Numbered from the stretch's first letter, positions 28,191 to 38,983 are shown. The stretch: 64,000 nt of DNA from an uncultured delta proteobacterium (GCA_963755125.1 CAVWIP010000011.1:96001-160000), one strand, 5' to 3'. Notes: generated by a model from the letters alone, not told the origin. Program-made: numbers and translations.

Positions 28191-29555
28191 ATGCGATTCT
28201 TCGATGGCGAGAGCGGCCCCGCGAATCCCGGTGAACCCGGGGCGCAGACCAACGTCGGGCCGACCTTCCTTCGGCAGCGGCGCGTGCTGTTGCTCATGGC
28301 CCTGCTGGGCCTCGTCGTCTGCACCGACCTCGTCCGATACATGGACCCCATTGGCGAGAAGCACTTTCCCCTGCTGGAGCCGGGTGCGGCGGACTTCTCG
28401 GTCATCTTCGACGGCACCCGGGTCTTTCTCGACGGCCACAATCCCTACTACTACCGCGACGCCGGCTCCCTGGATCCCTGGCGGCGGGGCGACATCATTG
28501 GCGGTCGCTGGTTTCGGGTCTCGTATCAGCCGTCGCACTTTCTCATCTACATTCCCGTGGCGCTCATCACCACCGACAACCGGGAGGCGGGACGGCTCAT
28601 GTTCACGATCTCGGTGGCGCTCTACTTCCTCATCGCCGTCATGACCTGGCGGCTCGTGCTGCGGGTCGCGCAACCTGCGGGCGAGACGCGCAGCTTGGCC
28701 TTGCTGCTCTTGCCCGTGCTTGCCGTGATCATCCTGGCCAACGTCGGCACGGCCCTGTCTCTTGCGCGTTGTCAGAGCGACGTCATCAACGCCACCATGT
28801 GCTGGGCCGCCGTGTTGCTATTCCTGCGCGGGCAGCGATTCTGGCCCATGTTCCTGGTCACCACCGCCATCTCGATGAAGGGCTATCCGGCCATTCTCGG
28901 GACAGGGTTGTTCCTGCTGGGATTGCGCCGGGGCGGTTGGCGAGCGGAGATCGGCGGCGTCCTGTCGGCGATGGTGCTGTGGCTGGGGCCGGTTTTGCCC
29001 TACCTGCACGACGGCGCCATCGCGGCTCTCAGCCACGCGATGGGGTTCTTCACCGATTATTGGTTCAATCAGTCATTCGCAAACGTCTTCTATCACCTCG
29101 CGCCCGGGCTGACGGACTTCGGTGTAAAGGCCGTCAGCGCCTTCAACCTGTGTGTGAGCGCGGGGTGCTGGTGGCACGCCCAGCGTGCTCTGCGCCGCGG
29201 CGACGCCCCCGCGACGACTGTCTGGCTGTGCATGTTCGCCACCGCCGCGCTGACCACGATGATCGGCGCGTCGAGACTGAGCTTCATCTACAACCAGATC
29301 CTCATCCTGCCCGGCGTCCTGCTGCTGTTCGTGGTCGGGGATTCGTTCTGGCGCCATTGCGGTTTCGCCGAACGGACGATGCGCTGGCTCTTCGCCTGCG
29401 AGGCGCTGATGGGGTTCCTCGTGCTGAAGTACGTTTGGCCGCCATTGCAGTTCCCGCTCGCGGGTGTGGGGAACCTGGTCCTCGTGCTTCTCATCGCCAC
29501 TGGTGTGGTGGGTCGCCTGCTTCGGCGGCAAGGCGAAAACCCCGCCCAGTCCTGA
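28191..29555 (+). CDS. GT87/DUF2029-like membrane glycosyltransferase (GT-C)
   Basis: ADFSVI...GHNPY, SYQP, CQSD, SMKGYP, NQS; multi-TM. Confidence 0.8.
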   Translation: MRFFDGESGPANPGEPGAQTNVGPTFLRQRRVLLLMALLGLVVCTDLVRYMDPIGEKHFPLLEPGAADFSVIFDGTRVFLDGHNPYYYRDAGSLDPWRRGDIIGGRWFRVSYQPSHFLIYIPVALITTDNREAGRLMFTISVALYFLIAVMTWRLVLRVAQPAGETRSLALLLLPVLAVIILANVGTALSLARCQSDVINATMCWAAVLLFLRGQRFWPMFLVTTAISMKGYPAILGTGLFLLGLRRGGWRAEIGGVLSAMVLWLGPVLPYLHDGAIAALSHAMGFFTDYWFNQSFANVFYHLAPGLTDFGVKAVSAFNLCVSAGCWWHAQRALRRGDAPATTVWLCMFATAALTTMIGASRLSFIYNQILILPGVLLLFVVGDSFWRHCGFAERTMRWLFACEALMGFLVLKYVWPPLQFPLAGVGNLVLVLLIATGVVGRLLRRQGENPAQS

Positions 29556-29650
29556 ACCGGCACAGCCGGAAAGCGCAGCGGTGATCGCCAACATCGTGCC
29601 GGATGCCAACGCAAGGTTTCGCACGTCTGCCCTGCCCTTCCCCGGAGTGA

Positions 29651-30094
29651 CTAGTCAGCGCCGGCTCGCTCAAGGATCCCGCGGATGGCCTCAGCGTGCG
29701 CCTCTTCCTGCTTGCCGACCAGTTGGAAGAACGCGGACGCGTCTCCGGTGCACGAGCTGGCCAGAGCGTCGTAGTAGAGGATAGCGCTGTTCTCGGCCTC
29801 GATGGCAAACTCGAGCGCCTGCTGCATGTCCATGCCGGCGGCCTCGGCTCCCGCGGGTGAGATCTCGATGGCATTCACCAGCGTATCCGCTCGCTCGGGC
29901 AAATCGCCCTGCACGAGAGCGGCGGCCATGTCCTGCAGACGCATGGCGTGCCCCTGCTCCTGCGCGGCAATGTCGACCAGAGTGCGCCGGACATCCTCGC
30001 TGCCCGCGGACTCCGCCATGCTCAGGTAAAATTCTTCGGCCGCCTGCTCGGCTGCGATGGCGTTGCGGATTGCCTGGGCCAGCGTGATTGCCAT
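29651..30094 (-). CDS. Rubrerythrin/ferritin-like protein
   Basis: AI.AE...FY, EQGH, AIEAE...YY, EEAH. Confidence 0.88.
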   Translation of the reverse strand: MAITLAQAIRNAIAAEQAAEEFYLSMAESAGSEDVRRTLVDIAAQEQGHAMRLQDMAAALVQGDLPERADTLVNAIEISPAGAEAAGMDMQQALEFAIEAENSAILYYDALASSCTGDASAFFQLVGKQEEAHAEAIRGILERAGAD

Positions 30095-30349
30095 GCACGT
30101 CCTTTCCCCGGCTATGGTATCACGGTCGCCAGAGGCACGGCGGGGCCTGTGTACGCACACCATTGGGCTGGCATCCTCTCGGTCGTATTGTAGTGGTCTT
30201 CCTTGCCGCCGGGCGCGTGGTGAATCTGGCCTGTGCTAGTATCGCCCAATGCGCTCGTTGACTGCCGCACCTCTGGCCTGTTCGTTTCAACGAGACTATT
30301 TGTTAAATGGCCCCGGCAAATCTTTCTTCCGGGCATAGCGGCGTCCGCG

Positions 30350-32278
30350 ATGGAGAAGAGTCAGTCGGTTTCTGCTAGGCATCGCATTGCATTGGCGCTG
30401 GTCCTGACGGGGCTGTCGCTGCTGCTCATCCGCGCCGCGCTGGTCGTCGATCTGCTGCCCACCAACGACGGGCCCCAGCACCTGTTCTCCAGCTACGCTG
30501 CGGTTCATTTGGACGACGCCGGCACCGGCTATTCCCGCTACCTGGAGGTCGGTACACCCAGCACCAGCCTGGGATTCGACGGTCTGTATCGTGCGCTGCT
30601 GGTCGCATTCGACTGGCGTCTGGCGCACCAGGTGGCCATCGCCATCATGGCGCTGGTGTGGGCCTGGGGTACGGTGGCCCTGGCCGGCGCACTAGGGAGA
30701 ACGTGGCTGGGTTTGCTGGGGTTCGTGGCGGCGTACCAGTGGATCCTGTACATGGGGTTCTACTCGTTCTTCCTTTCGGCCGGCGTCGGGCTGTTCCTGG
30801 TGGCAGGCGCCTGCAGCGACCGAGCGCTGTCCACGCGACGGCACGTCCTGCTGGGAGTGGGCCTGCTCTGCCAGGTCCTGCTGCACGTGTTCCCCGCCCT
30901 GCTCACCGCCTTGGTCATGGCCATCGTGCTGTTCTTGCGCGCCCAGCCCGGCCGCCGCAGGGTCGAGCTCGCACGCATCGCCGCCATGACAACTCCGGTT
31001 GTCGTTCCTCTGCTGCTCTCTCTTCACGGCACGACCACGGTATTCGCGGGTCCGGCCGCTTCCCTGGGCGAGCGGCTGCTCTTGCTCGGGCAGGCCTTCG
31101 TGGGCGGACCCTCGTGGCGGGCATTCTCCCTGCCCTTACTGGCCGGGTGCGGGTTGCTGGCCACGCTGCTGCGGTGGCGGGCCGGCGCGAAGACGGCCGG
31201 CGTTTCATCGCCTTCGTCGGCTGAGAAGGGGCTGGCGCTGGCGGGCGTGTTGCTGGTCGCTCTGGCGGTCGCGCTGCCCCTCAGCCTGCCGACGTGGCAA
31301 TTCTTCTGCGTTCGCTTCTCGCCCATGGGCATCACCATTCTGGCGCTGCTGCTGCCCATCGAGCGCCTGCAACGGCTGTCGCTGGTCTGGGCTGCGCGCA
31401 TGGGTTTGCTGGTGCTCGCGTGCACCTCGCTGGCGTGGTCGAGCTGGTTCCACGTTCTGTTGCGACGCTGGGCCGCAGACGCCCTGTCGGGCCTGGACGC
31501 CCCTATCAGGCGATCGGGCCCCCGCCTCGATCTCACCCTCGCCAAGGAATTGCCAAGCCCATGGTTTCCCTTCCTCGCTCCCCTGCACGGGCTGGTCCCG
31601 CTTTACGCCACCGCGCAGGGCGGAACCCCCTCACGCATGTTCATCGGTGCCTCGGACAAACATATCCTGCAATATCGCCGCCACCCGGCTGGCCCCATCC
31701 TGGACATTCCCCCGCCCGAGGAAATCCAGTCCCTCAACCATTTTCCCGACCGATCCCGCCGCCTGCGGCAGCTCGATGACTTGCTCAGCTACGCTCCCGG
31801 CTACGACGACATCGTCCTGTACGGCTCGGCCGCGGACGTGGAGGCGCTCACCCGACGTGGCTTTCACATCGACTTCTCACGGGGCGCGCTGGCTATCGCC
31901 CGCTTTCGCGCCTGTCCGGTCGACATCGAGCTGGTCGAGCGCAGCCCTACCCGCCCAGCGGTGTTCCTCGAGATAGCCTGGCATCGACACGGGCGCATCC
32001 GGGCGATGCCCAGCTTGCCGGCCGGCGCCCCCGACAGCGGAAGTCGCCGCGTGCACATCCCGGACAGTCCCTGCGGCCCGTTCTGGTTCCGGGTGGTGTT
32101 CGACCGCAATGGCGACGGAAGGTCCAGCCCGGGCGATGCCGTGTGCGCCGAGGCCTCGGCCGAGGCCTTTGTCCGCGTCGAGCCGAGCGACGCGCCCCGG
32201 CTGGTCAAGTGCACGGAACCCGAATCAGCCGGGGCCGCCGGTCACGCCGGCCCGTCAGGCTCTCCTGACAGCCGCTGA
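30350..32278 (+). CDS. Polytopic membrane protein (GT-C-like) with extracytoplasmic C-terminus
   Basis: LPTNDGPQH, MGFYSF, LLHVF; many TM helices. Confidence 0.7.
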   Translation: MEKSQSVSARHRIALALVLTGLSLLLIRAALVVDLLPTNDGPQHLFSSYAAVHLDDAGTGYSRYLEVGTPSTSLGFDGLYRALLVAFDWRLAHQVAIAIMALVWAWGTVALAGALGRTWLGLLGFVAAYQWILYMGFYSFFLSAGVGLFLVAGACSDRALSTRRHVLLGVGLLCQVLLHVFPALLTALVMAIVLFLRAQPGRRRVELARIAAMTTPVVVPLLLSLHGTTTVFAGPAASLGERLLLLGQAFVGGPSWRAFSLPLLAGCGLLATLLRWRAGAKTAGVSSPSSAEKGLALAGVLLVALAVALPLSLPTWQFFCVRFSPMGITILALLLPIERLQRLSLVWAARMGLLVLACTSLAWSSWFHVLLRRWAADALSGLDAPIRRSGPRLDLTLAKELPSPWFPFLAPLHGLVPLYATAQGGTPSRMFIGASDKHILQYRRHPAGPILDIPPPEEIQSLNHFPDRSRRLRQLDDLLSYAPGYDDIVLYGSAADVEALTRRGFHIDFSRGALAIARFRACPVDIELVERSPTRPAVFLEIAWHRHGRIRAMPSLPAGAPDSGSRRVHIPDSPCGPFWFRVVFDRNGDGRSSPGDAVCAEASAEAFVRVEPSDAPRLVKCTEPESAGAAGHAGPSGSPDSR

Positions 32279-32394
32279 TGGCGTGCGGGTGCAGACAGTG
32301 CGACACCTTGCTATTGTTGCAAGGAGTGAAACAGGCTGCGGGGCACGAATGACGTCACGCCACGCTTGCCAGCGGAGTGGTGACACAGGATGGC

Positions 32395-32520
32395 CTATGC
32401 GTGCGCTAGTGCCTCGGCGCCCTTCGGATGCCGGAACTTGCGATGACTCCCGCAGGCTGGCTCCTCAATGAAACCAGCCCGCTTCAGATCAGCAATCAGC
32501 TCCCGAAGTTTCCGCGGCAC
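32395..32520 (-). pseudogene. hicA: Truncated HicA toxin (41 aa), no hicB
   Basis: Manual translation: MPRKLRELIADLKRAGFIEEPACGSHRKFRHPKGAEALAHA*; GSH...HP HicA signature; not in the ORF track. Confidence 0.8.
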
Positions 32521-32524
32521 TGGA

Positions 32525-32549
32525 GGATAGTATCATACTGATACTATCC
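32525..32549. promoter_or_regulatory. Perfect inverted repeat, putative hicAB operator
   Basis: GGATAGTATCA-TAC-TGATACTATCC, 4 bp upstream of the hicA GTG. Confidence 0.8.
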
Positions 32550-32596
32550 AGGTGCAAGTCTCGGCGTGGCGACATTCTCTCCGGATCAACCTGCCC

Positions 32597-34996
32597 TCAC
32601 CCCAACTTCACGTCGACCCTAACTTCTCTGCTACCCGCGATTGGTAGTGGCACCACGCAGCCAGCCATGGCATTACCATCGACAGTCAGCTGGACAGCGG
32701 AGCCCGCGCCAGCCCGCTTGACCTCGATGAGATAGCGCACGCCTCGATACACGCGCGTCGCCTTGAACCCCTTCCACTTCTCGGGAATGGCCGGCGCAAT
32801 CATCAACCCGGTGTGAGTGGGCCGGATGCCGAGAATCCACTGTGTGCCGGCCACGTAGGTCCATGAAGCCGTGCCAGATAGCCACGCATTGCGGGCATAG
32901 CCATATTGTTTGTGTTCTGGGCCAGTGACGTTGCCACAGTAGACATAGGGCTCGACCTTCATGCAGTCCACATCCCGCCGCATGAAGGGCGTGATCTGCA
33001 AGTAGTACTGCATGGCCCGCTCTGCCATGCCGAGCTTGGCCGCAGCCACAATGGCCCAGGTGTTGGCGTGGCAGAAGATGCCGCCATTCTCCTTGGCACC
33101 GGGCGGATAGGTCGTGGTTCCGCGCACCCGCTCGTCGCCCTCGGTGTAGGCCGGCCAGAGTAGGGCCAGTCCGTACTTGCTGTTGAGCTTGTCGTGCGCC
33201 TGTTGCATAGCGCGCCGGCCGCGTTCGACCGGGGCCGCATCGCCGATGACCGCCCAGGTCTGCGTGTTGAGCGCGATGCGGTGGTGGGCTTCGCTCTTCA
33301 CGCCGATGGGCTTGCCTTCGTCGTCGAAGGCGCGCGCGTACCAGTCGCCGTCCCAGGCCACCTGATTGAGGATGGCCGCCATCTCAGCGTGCAGGCCGCG
33401 GAAGCGCTTCGCCTCATCGGTCTTGTGCATGTGGTCCGCCAGGTCAGCCAGATCGAGCAGGGCGCGGCAGAACTGTTGCGCGCACCATACGCTCTCGGCC
33501 TTGCCGCTGCCGTGGTCCACGTTCATCGTATCGTCCCAGTCGGCAAAACCGATGCGGGGCAGGCCCTGGGGACCCCGGTGCTGCAGGGTGAAATCGATCG
33601 CGCGCAGCATGTGGTTCCACACACTGTCGCTGCCGCCATCGGTGTAGTCGATTGTCTCATCAAGATAGGCGAGATCCCCGGTTTCGCGCAGATAGGCGCA
33701 GACCCCGAGGATCAACCAGAGGTGGTCGTCACAGAACCACTGCGGCCAGGCCGGGAATTCGGCGGCCAGGCCAGGCCCACCCTCGCCGGTCAAGGGCAAC
33801 ACCTGATGCCAGGTATGCCCATCCTTGTATTGCAGATGCCACAACATGCTGAGCGTGGCCCGCGCGCGGTCAGCGGCGTTGTGCACGGTGCCCAATGTGT
33901 CTTGCGCCGAATCGCGCGTGCCCATGCCCCGGCCGGTGCCGGTCTCATAGGCTGAAACGAAACGCGACCAGAAGAGCGTGGTACGACACTGGATGGGATT
34001 CCAGACGTTCAACATGGCGTTGACCACCGGGTCGGGCGTTTCGACGGTGAAGCGGCCCAGGTAGTCGTTCCAGTCGGCGCGCAGATCGCTAAACGCGGCA
34101 ACCACGTTCTCAGGATCGCGGAAGTGCGCCACCACCGCGGGGATGCGTGCCGGCTCGTCGGTCACGCCCATGACAAAGACGATCTCCTTCTCTTGCCCGG
34201 GGCTCAGGGTCACACTGTGGCACAGCGATCCGATATTGTTGCCCCTGGGTGCCTCGATGTTGCTGGGCTTTCCCCTCTCGACCACCTCGGGGTTGGACAG
34301 ATCCCGCCAGCGGCCGACAAAGATCTCGCGATCGGTATCGAAGCCGGCCGGCTTGACACTGGAAGCAAAAAAGTTGGTGGTCGGCGCGAAGCGGGTCTTG
34401 GAGGCGATGATTCCGTCCTTGACCCTGGCCTCGAGAATGTGCTGGCACCAATCGAGGTTGAGCTGATCGCCAAGGGCATCGCGGAAGCTGAATTCCACAT
34501 AGGAGAAAGTGCGCAGCTTGCGGGTCTTCCTGCCGGTGTTCTTGAGCTTCAGGACCCACAATTCACAAGGGCAGGATTCGTCTTTCGGCGCACGTGGAAC
34601 GAAATACAGCAGGCTGGCGGCAATTCCATTGTGGCTGCTGGCAATTCGAGTGTAGCCGGCGCCGTGACGGCATTCATAGGAGGCGAGCTTCACCCCCGGC
34701 GTGGGTTGCCAGGTCGGGCTCCAGAATCTCCCGCTCTCCATGTCGCGGATGTAAACGTAGCGACCCGGCTGATCCATGGGGATGGCGTTGTAGCGGTAGC
34801 GGGAAACGCGGCGGTTCTTGGGATCGCGGTCGAAGGAAAAGCCGCCGCCAGTGTTCGAGACGATGCCGCCGTAACGACCCTCGCCGATGTAGTTGAACCA
34901 GGGCGTGGGCGTGTCGGGCCGGGTGATGACGTACTCACGCGCCTCGGCGTCGAAGAATCCGTAGGGGTTGGAAAGGGCCTTGGTCTTGCTGGTCAT
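32597..34996 (-). CDS. GH94 glycoside phosphorylase (cellobiose/chitobiose phosphorylase-like)
   Basis: DQPGRY, WSPTWQP, CRHG, RDSAQD, DDHLW, ADWDD, ENGGIFCH, WLSGTASW. Confidence 0.93.
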   Translation of the reverse strand: MTSKTKALSNPYGFFDAEAREYVITRPDTPTPWFNYIGEGRYGGIVSNTGGGFSFDRDPKNRRVSRYRYNAIPMDQPGRYVYIRDMESGRFWSPTWQPTPGVKLASYECRHGAGYTRIASSHNGIAASLLYFVPRAPKDESCPCELWVLKLKNTGRKTRKLRTFSYVEFSFRDALGDQLNLDWCQHILEARVKDGIIASKTRFAPTTNFFASSVKPAGFDTDREIFVGRWRDLSNPEVVERGKPSNIEAPRGNNIGSLCHSVTLSPGQEKEIVFVMGVTDEPARIPAVVAHFRDPENVVAAFSDLRADWNDYLGRFTVETPDPVVNAMLNVWNPIQCRTTLFWSRFVSAYETGTGRGMGTRDSAQDTLGTVHNAADRARATLSMLWHLQYKDGHTWHQVLPLTGEGGPGLAAEFPAWPQWFCDDHLWLILGVCAYLRETGDLAYLDETIDYTDGGSDSVWNHMLRAIDFTLQHRGPQGLPRIGFADWDDTMNVDHGSGKAESVWCAQQFCRALLDLADLADHMHKTDEAKRFRGLHAEMAAILNQVAWDGDWYARAFDDEGKPIGVKSEAHHRIALNTQTWAVIGDAAPVERGRRAMQQAHDKLNSKYGLALLWPAYTEGDERVRGTTTYPPGAKENGGIFCHANTWAIVAAAKLGMAERAMQYYLQITPFMRRDVDCMKVEPYVYCGNVTGPEHKQYGYARNAWLSGTASWTYVAGTQWILGIRPTHTGLMIAPAIPEKWKGFKATRVYRGVRYLIEVKRAGAGSAVQLTVDGNAMAGCVVPLPIAGSREVRVDVKLG

Positions 34997-35283
34997 GGAG
35001 ATCCCTTCGTCTCGACGTTCTTCGGAGCGACGGCCGCGTGGGCGACCGCATGGGCCGCTGATCTAACTCTCCCGTCCTCTCTAAGTCAAAGCGGCCCCCC
35101 GCCGGCTTGGGTCGCGCCATCTGGGACGCCGAATGCTCGATGCTCCGCCGCCCTGTGGGTTGGACGCCCTTGCAGCTAGGAACCATTTCCGGTCGATGGT
35201 AGTGTCCTCGCCAATCCGGGGACTGCCAGAGGTCCACCTCACCCCGGTGCCACTTCAACGACCCCCTCGGGCCGAGGACAGCC

Positions 35284-36696
35284 ATGTCGGAAAAACGAGC
35301 CGTCGATCCGTCGCAGGTGATTCCATTCGTCGAGAAGTTCGGCTACGCCCTGGGAGACTTCGCGTCCAACCTGTTTTGGATGCCCTTCATCCTGTTCGGC
35401 AACTTCTTCTACACCGACGTGTTCGGCATCTCGGCCACCGCCGTCGGCTACATGCTGCTGGTCACGCGCATCTGGGACACGGTGATTGATCCGGTGGTCG
35501 GGCTCATCGCCGACCGCACCCGCCCGCGGCCTGGGCTCGGCCGGTACCGTCCCTACCTCTACTGGTTCGCGCTGCCCTTTGCGGTCGTGTGCAGTATTGC
35601 GTTCTTCTCTCCCAACCTTGGGCCCGTGGGCAAGGTCGTGTATGCGTGGGTCACGTACACCGCGTTCTGTATAGTCTACTCCCTCATCAACGTGCCCTAC
35701 TCGGCCCTGATGAGCGTGATGTCGCGCGAACCCGGCGAGCGCAGCAGCACCAGCTTCTTCCGCATGATAGGCGCACAGGTCGCGGGGCTCATCATCTCAA
35801 GTGGGCTCATGTTCTTCGTGGCCAAGATCGGTGGCGGCAACGGGCAAAGCCAGCAACAGAGGGGGTTTTTCATTGTCATGACCCTGTTCGCACTCATGGC
35901 CATGGTCTGCTTCTTGCTCGCGGGCAAGTTGACCCGTGAAAGAATCGCGCCCGATCTCAAAGAGAAGGGAGACATCTCCAAGGATCTGAAGAACATCGTC
36001 GGCTGCGGGGCGTGGTGGCTCTTGTTCCTGGTGTCCTTTTTCACCATTGCCGCCTTCACCCTGCGCTTTGGCGTTGCCGCCTACTACTTCAAGTACTACG
36101 CCGACCCCGAAGCTGTGAAGAGCTGGGGGCTGTTCCAGGGTGGTGCCGTGAGCGCCTTTTTCACGCTTGGCACAATTGCCGCACTTCTGGGCGTCATCGT
36201 CTTCACCTTCTTCGCCAAGACCATCGACAGGAAGAAGATGTACTACGTGCTCATCCTCTCGTCGGGCCTGCTCTCGATCTACTTCTACTACATCCCCAAA
36301 CAGAACATCACGACCATCATCGCGACGCAGGTGCTGTTCTCATTCCTCACCGGACCGACTGCCGCCATTCTGTTCGCCATGTACACGGACATCGCGGCCT
36401 ACATCCGCAACCAGGGTGCTTCCGCCTCGAACGGCTTGGTCATGTCAGCCGGCTCGTTTGCGCAGAAGTTCGGATGGGCGATTGGCGGCTCGCTCACCAG
36501 CATCCTGCTAGGTCTGGCCGGCTACGTCGCGAACCAGCCACAATCCGAGCACGTCCAGCAGATCATGCGCTTCATGATGAGTTGGGCCCCCATGATCACC
36601 TGCTTCATCGGCGCGTTCTTCATGATGCTCTACCCACTCAACGCCGCGCGCATGGCCCTTGTGACCAAGGAACTTGCCGACAAGGGCCTGAACTAG
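35284..36696 (+). CDS. GPH-family (MelB-like) sugar:cation symporter
   Basis: EKFGYALGD, RIWD..DP, GRYRPY, NVPYSAL. Confidence 0.93.
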   Translation: MSEKRAVDPSQVIPFVEKFGYALGDFASNLFWMPFILFGNFFYTDVFGISATAVGYMLLVTRIWDTVIDPVVGLIADRTRPRPGLGRYRPYLYWFALPFAVVCSIAFFSPNLGPVGKVVYAWVTYTAFCIVYSLINVPYSALMSVMSREPGERSSTSFFRMIGAQVAGLIISSGLMFFVAKIGGGNGQSQQQRGFFIVMTLFALMAMVCFLLAGKLTRERIAPDLKEKGDISKDLKNIVGCGAWWLLFLVSFFTIAAFTLRFGVAAYYFKYYADPEAVKSWGLFQGGAVSAFFTLGTIAALLGVIVFTFFAKTIDRKKMYYVLILSSGLLSIYFYYIPKQNITTIIATQVLFSFLTGPTAAILFAMYTDIAAYIRNQGASASNGLVMSAGSFAQKFGWAIGGSLTSILLGLAGYVANQPQSEHVQQIMRFMMSWAPMITCFIGAFFMMLYPLNAARMALVTKELADKGLN

Positions 36697-36724
36697 GCTA
36701 TCCAAGACCCCACACTGCCGCGAT

Positions 36725-38983
36725 CTACAAATAGGGAACCGGCGGCACGACCGTGAGCGGCGGCAGCGGTGGTGGGGTTGGGGGCGGAGGAGGCGGGTTG
36801 GCCGAAACGTATTGCTGGGTCCAGGCCGCCATATGGTTCGAGGTCGTCAGATCCTGGAACGGGAGGAAGAAGCCCGGATAACTTCCGTCCTGCCCGGCCA
36901 TGACTTGGTCGGCATCGAGGGCAAACATCCACAGCAGGAGTTGCGTCGGCTCGTCGCCCACGACACTCGGGTTGGGTTTGTACAGTCGCAGACCGGCCCG
37001 ACGCTGCGATGCCGAGGTGAACCAGAACAGCTTGTGCCCGTTCTGCGTGGCTTGAAAGGGAGCGGACCGCGGGAAGGTGTCCATCAACATTCCACTGGAG
37101 ATCCGCTGGACCACGAGCGAACTGCGTCCGTCGGCCAAGGTGAGCTGGTCGGCCACTCCCATCGCATTCGCCTTGGCCAGCAGCACAGGCGTTGCGTTGG
37201 CTTGGGGCTGAACCGCCCAGACCGTGGCCGAAGGATCGGCGTAGGAGTCGACCAACGAATCCGAGTCACCCGTCTGCCGGGTCGCCTCGCTGTACAGCAG
37301 GAAGGATGAGTCAGGCACGAAATTCGGAGTGTAGCGACTCTTGCCAGTCGTGTGCGGCACCACGACCACCTCGGCAGGGTTCCATCCCGCGGCCGAATTC
37401 TGAACCACCGAAATGCCACCTTCCTGAAACTGGATGATCGTACCGCTGTTCCCGTAGATATGGGTCACGGCAATGGTCTGTCCGTCGGGCGACCAGTCCG
37501 GATAGCTCACCGGAAAGCCCAAATTCAGCGTGCTCTGCCGCACGCCGGTGACCCCGTCGTTGAAGGACAAATTGTTGATCCCCAGCGTGTCGCCCGCAGG
37601 TGCGTCGGCCACGAACTGGCTTCCGTCCGGATTGAACGAAGCGGTCATCACGCGGTTCGCGGCGGCGGTTCCGGTGGCGCGACCGTCAACGGTCAGCCAA
37701 TTCGGCGAGGTCTTGGGCAAGGAAAGATCATTTATGTAGACGAGATAGCCCGCCCACGAGGCACCCTTGGAAGCCACCATGCGGGTTCCGTCGCGCGACA
37801 GAGCGTGACAGCCCACGCAGGTCGTATTTGCGTTGGGATTGCCCGAATCGTCGGGCAAGTCGCTCGGCTGCAGGGCCACGGCGAGGGCAGACTGGGAACC
37901 GAAGTCGAAACGCATGATGCTCGGCGACTGGGTTTGCGATTGGGTTGTGGTCCAGTAGTAAATGGCTCCGTCCACCCGGTCAGCGGCGAACTGCACGCTG
38001 ATGCTCGCCGAGCTACCCACATTGCCGTTCTCGTCGGTTCCCCGCACCGTCAGCGTGGCCGGATCGCTCCCGCTGTTGCTGTCCGCGATGACGTTGACCG
38101 TGTCGGGATCGAGTACGAAGGCACAGGCCCCGGCGAGGTACTTGGTGGGATCGGCGTAGCAGCGCGTGTAGTAGCGGTACTCCGAGAAGTTGCTCAGGAT
38201 CGAGATCTCATAAAGCTCGCCGGTCTTGCTCCCCGGCTGAAAATGAACTTCGAGCTGCTGCATGTTGGGCGGGAGCAGCACGCCGTCATTCGGATAGACC
38301 AGCGTGGGGGCCAGGGTCGCCGTGTTGGTTCCCGTGAACTCTGGCCCCGGATCGCTGGGAATGGCGGGGGTGGCGCCGGGAGAGCCGGCCGGAGCAGAGC
38401 CCGAGTCGACGATGGTCACCGTCAAGGTCGTGGTCACCATGGTGATGGGATCGTCGGTGTTTGCGGCCTGGGCCTGGATGGTGACCTTGCCCCCGCGCTG
38501 GGGCGGATCAGCCGAGCTGGTCGGCAAGCGGGTCGTGAACGTCGAACTGCCATCGGCCGGGAACTCGCCCACCAAGTAGTTGTCGGGAACGTAGAAGACC
38601 GTCCGGTCAGTGATCTCGACCTCGCCCCCGCCCGCCTTCATAGTGGCAAAGGCTCGGAAGGAAACCGTCCCGCTCTGTCCACGCTGGACCACCAGAACCG
38701 AATTCGCCGGGTCGATGCGCATGGATGCGATGTCTTGCGGAACGGCGGCTGGCTCCGCGTCGGGCGGCAGCCCCGCTTCGGGCACCGAGGTAATGATGGC
38801 TCCCCCGCTGCCCGCGTCCTTCTGGCCGCTCTGGCCACCCTGGCCGCCTGACGGGCTACCATCTGGCGTCTGTGGCGGACCCACACTGACGGTGGCTGGG
38901 GCCGAGCAAGCGGCCGCGGTCGCGACACAGGCTGCGGCGCCTAGAACCCGTGACCATGTGAACTTCCAACCTGCACAGGTCAT
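36725..38983 (-). CDS. Lipoprotein with TolB/PD40-like beta-propeller
   Basis: AAAC lipobox; GAIYYW, CVGCHALSRDG, YPDWSPDG, PFQD; poly-Pro tail. Confidence 0.75.
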   Translation of the reverse strand: MTCAGWKFTWSRVLGAAACVATAAACSAPATVSVGPPQTPDGSPSGGQGGQSGQKDAGSGGAIITSVPEAGLPPDAEPAAVPQDIASMRIDPANSVLVVQRGQSGTVSFRAFATMKAGGGEVEITDRTVFYVPDNYLVGEFPADGSSTFTTRLPTSSADPPQRGGKVTIQAQAANTDDPITMVTTTLTVTIVDSGSAPAGSPGATPAIPSDPGPEFTGTNTATLAPTLVYPNDGVLLPPNMQQLEVHFQPGSKTGELYEISILSNFSEYRYYTRCYADPTKYLAGACAFVLDPDTVNVIADSNSGSDPATLTVRGTDENGNVGSSASISVQFAADRVDGAIYYWTTTQSQTQSPSIMRFDFGSQSALAVALQPSDLPDDSGNPNANTTCVGCHALSRDGTRMVASKGASWAGYLVYINDLSLPKTSPNWLTVDGRATGTAAANRVMTASFNPDGSQFVADAPAGDTLGINNLSFNDGVTGVRQSTLNLGFPVSYPDWSPDGQTIAVTHIYGNSGTIIQFQEGGISVVQNSAAGWNPAEVVVVPHTTGKSRYTPNFVPDSSFLLYSEATRQTGDSDSLVDSYADPSATVWAVQPQANATPVLLAKANAMGVADQLTLADGRSSLVVQRISSGMLMDTFPRSAPFQATQNGHKLFWFTSASQRRAGLRLYKPNPSVVGDEPTQLLLWMFALDADQVMAGQDGSYPGFFLPFQDLTTSNHMAAWTQQYVSANPPPPPPTPPPLPPLTVVPPVPYL

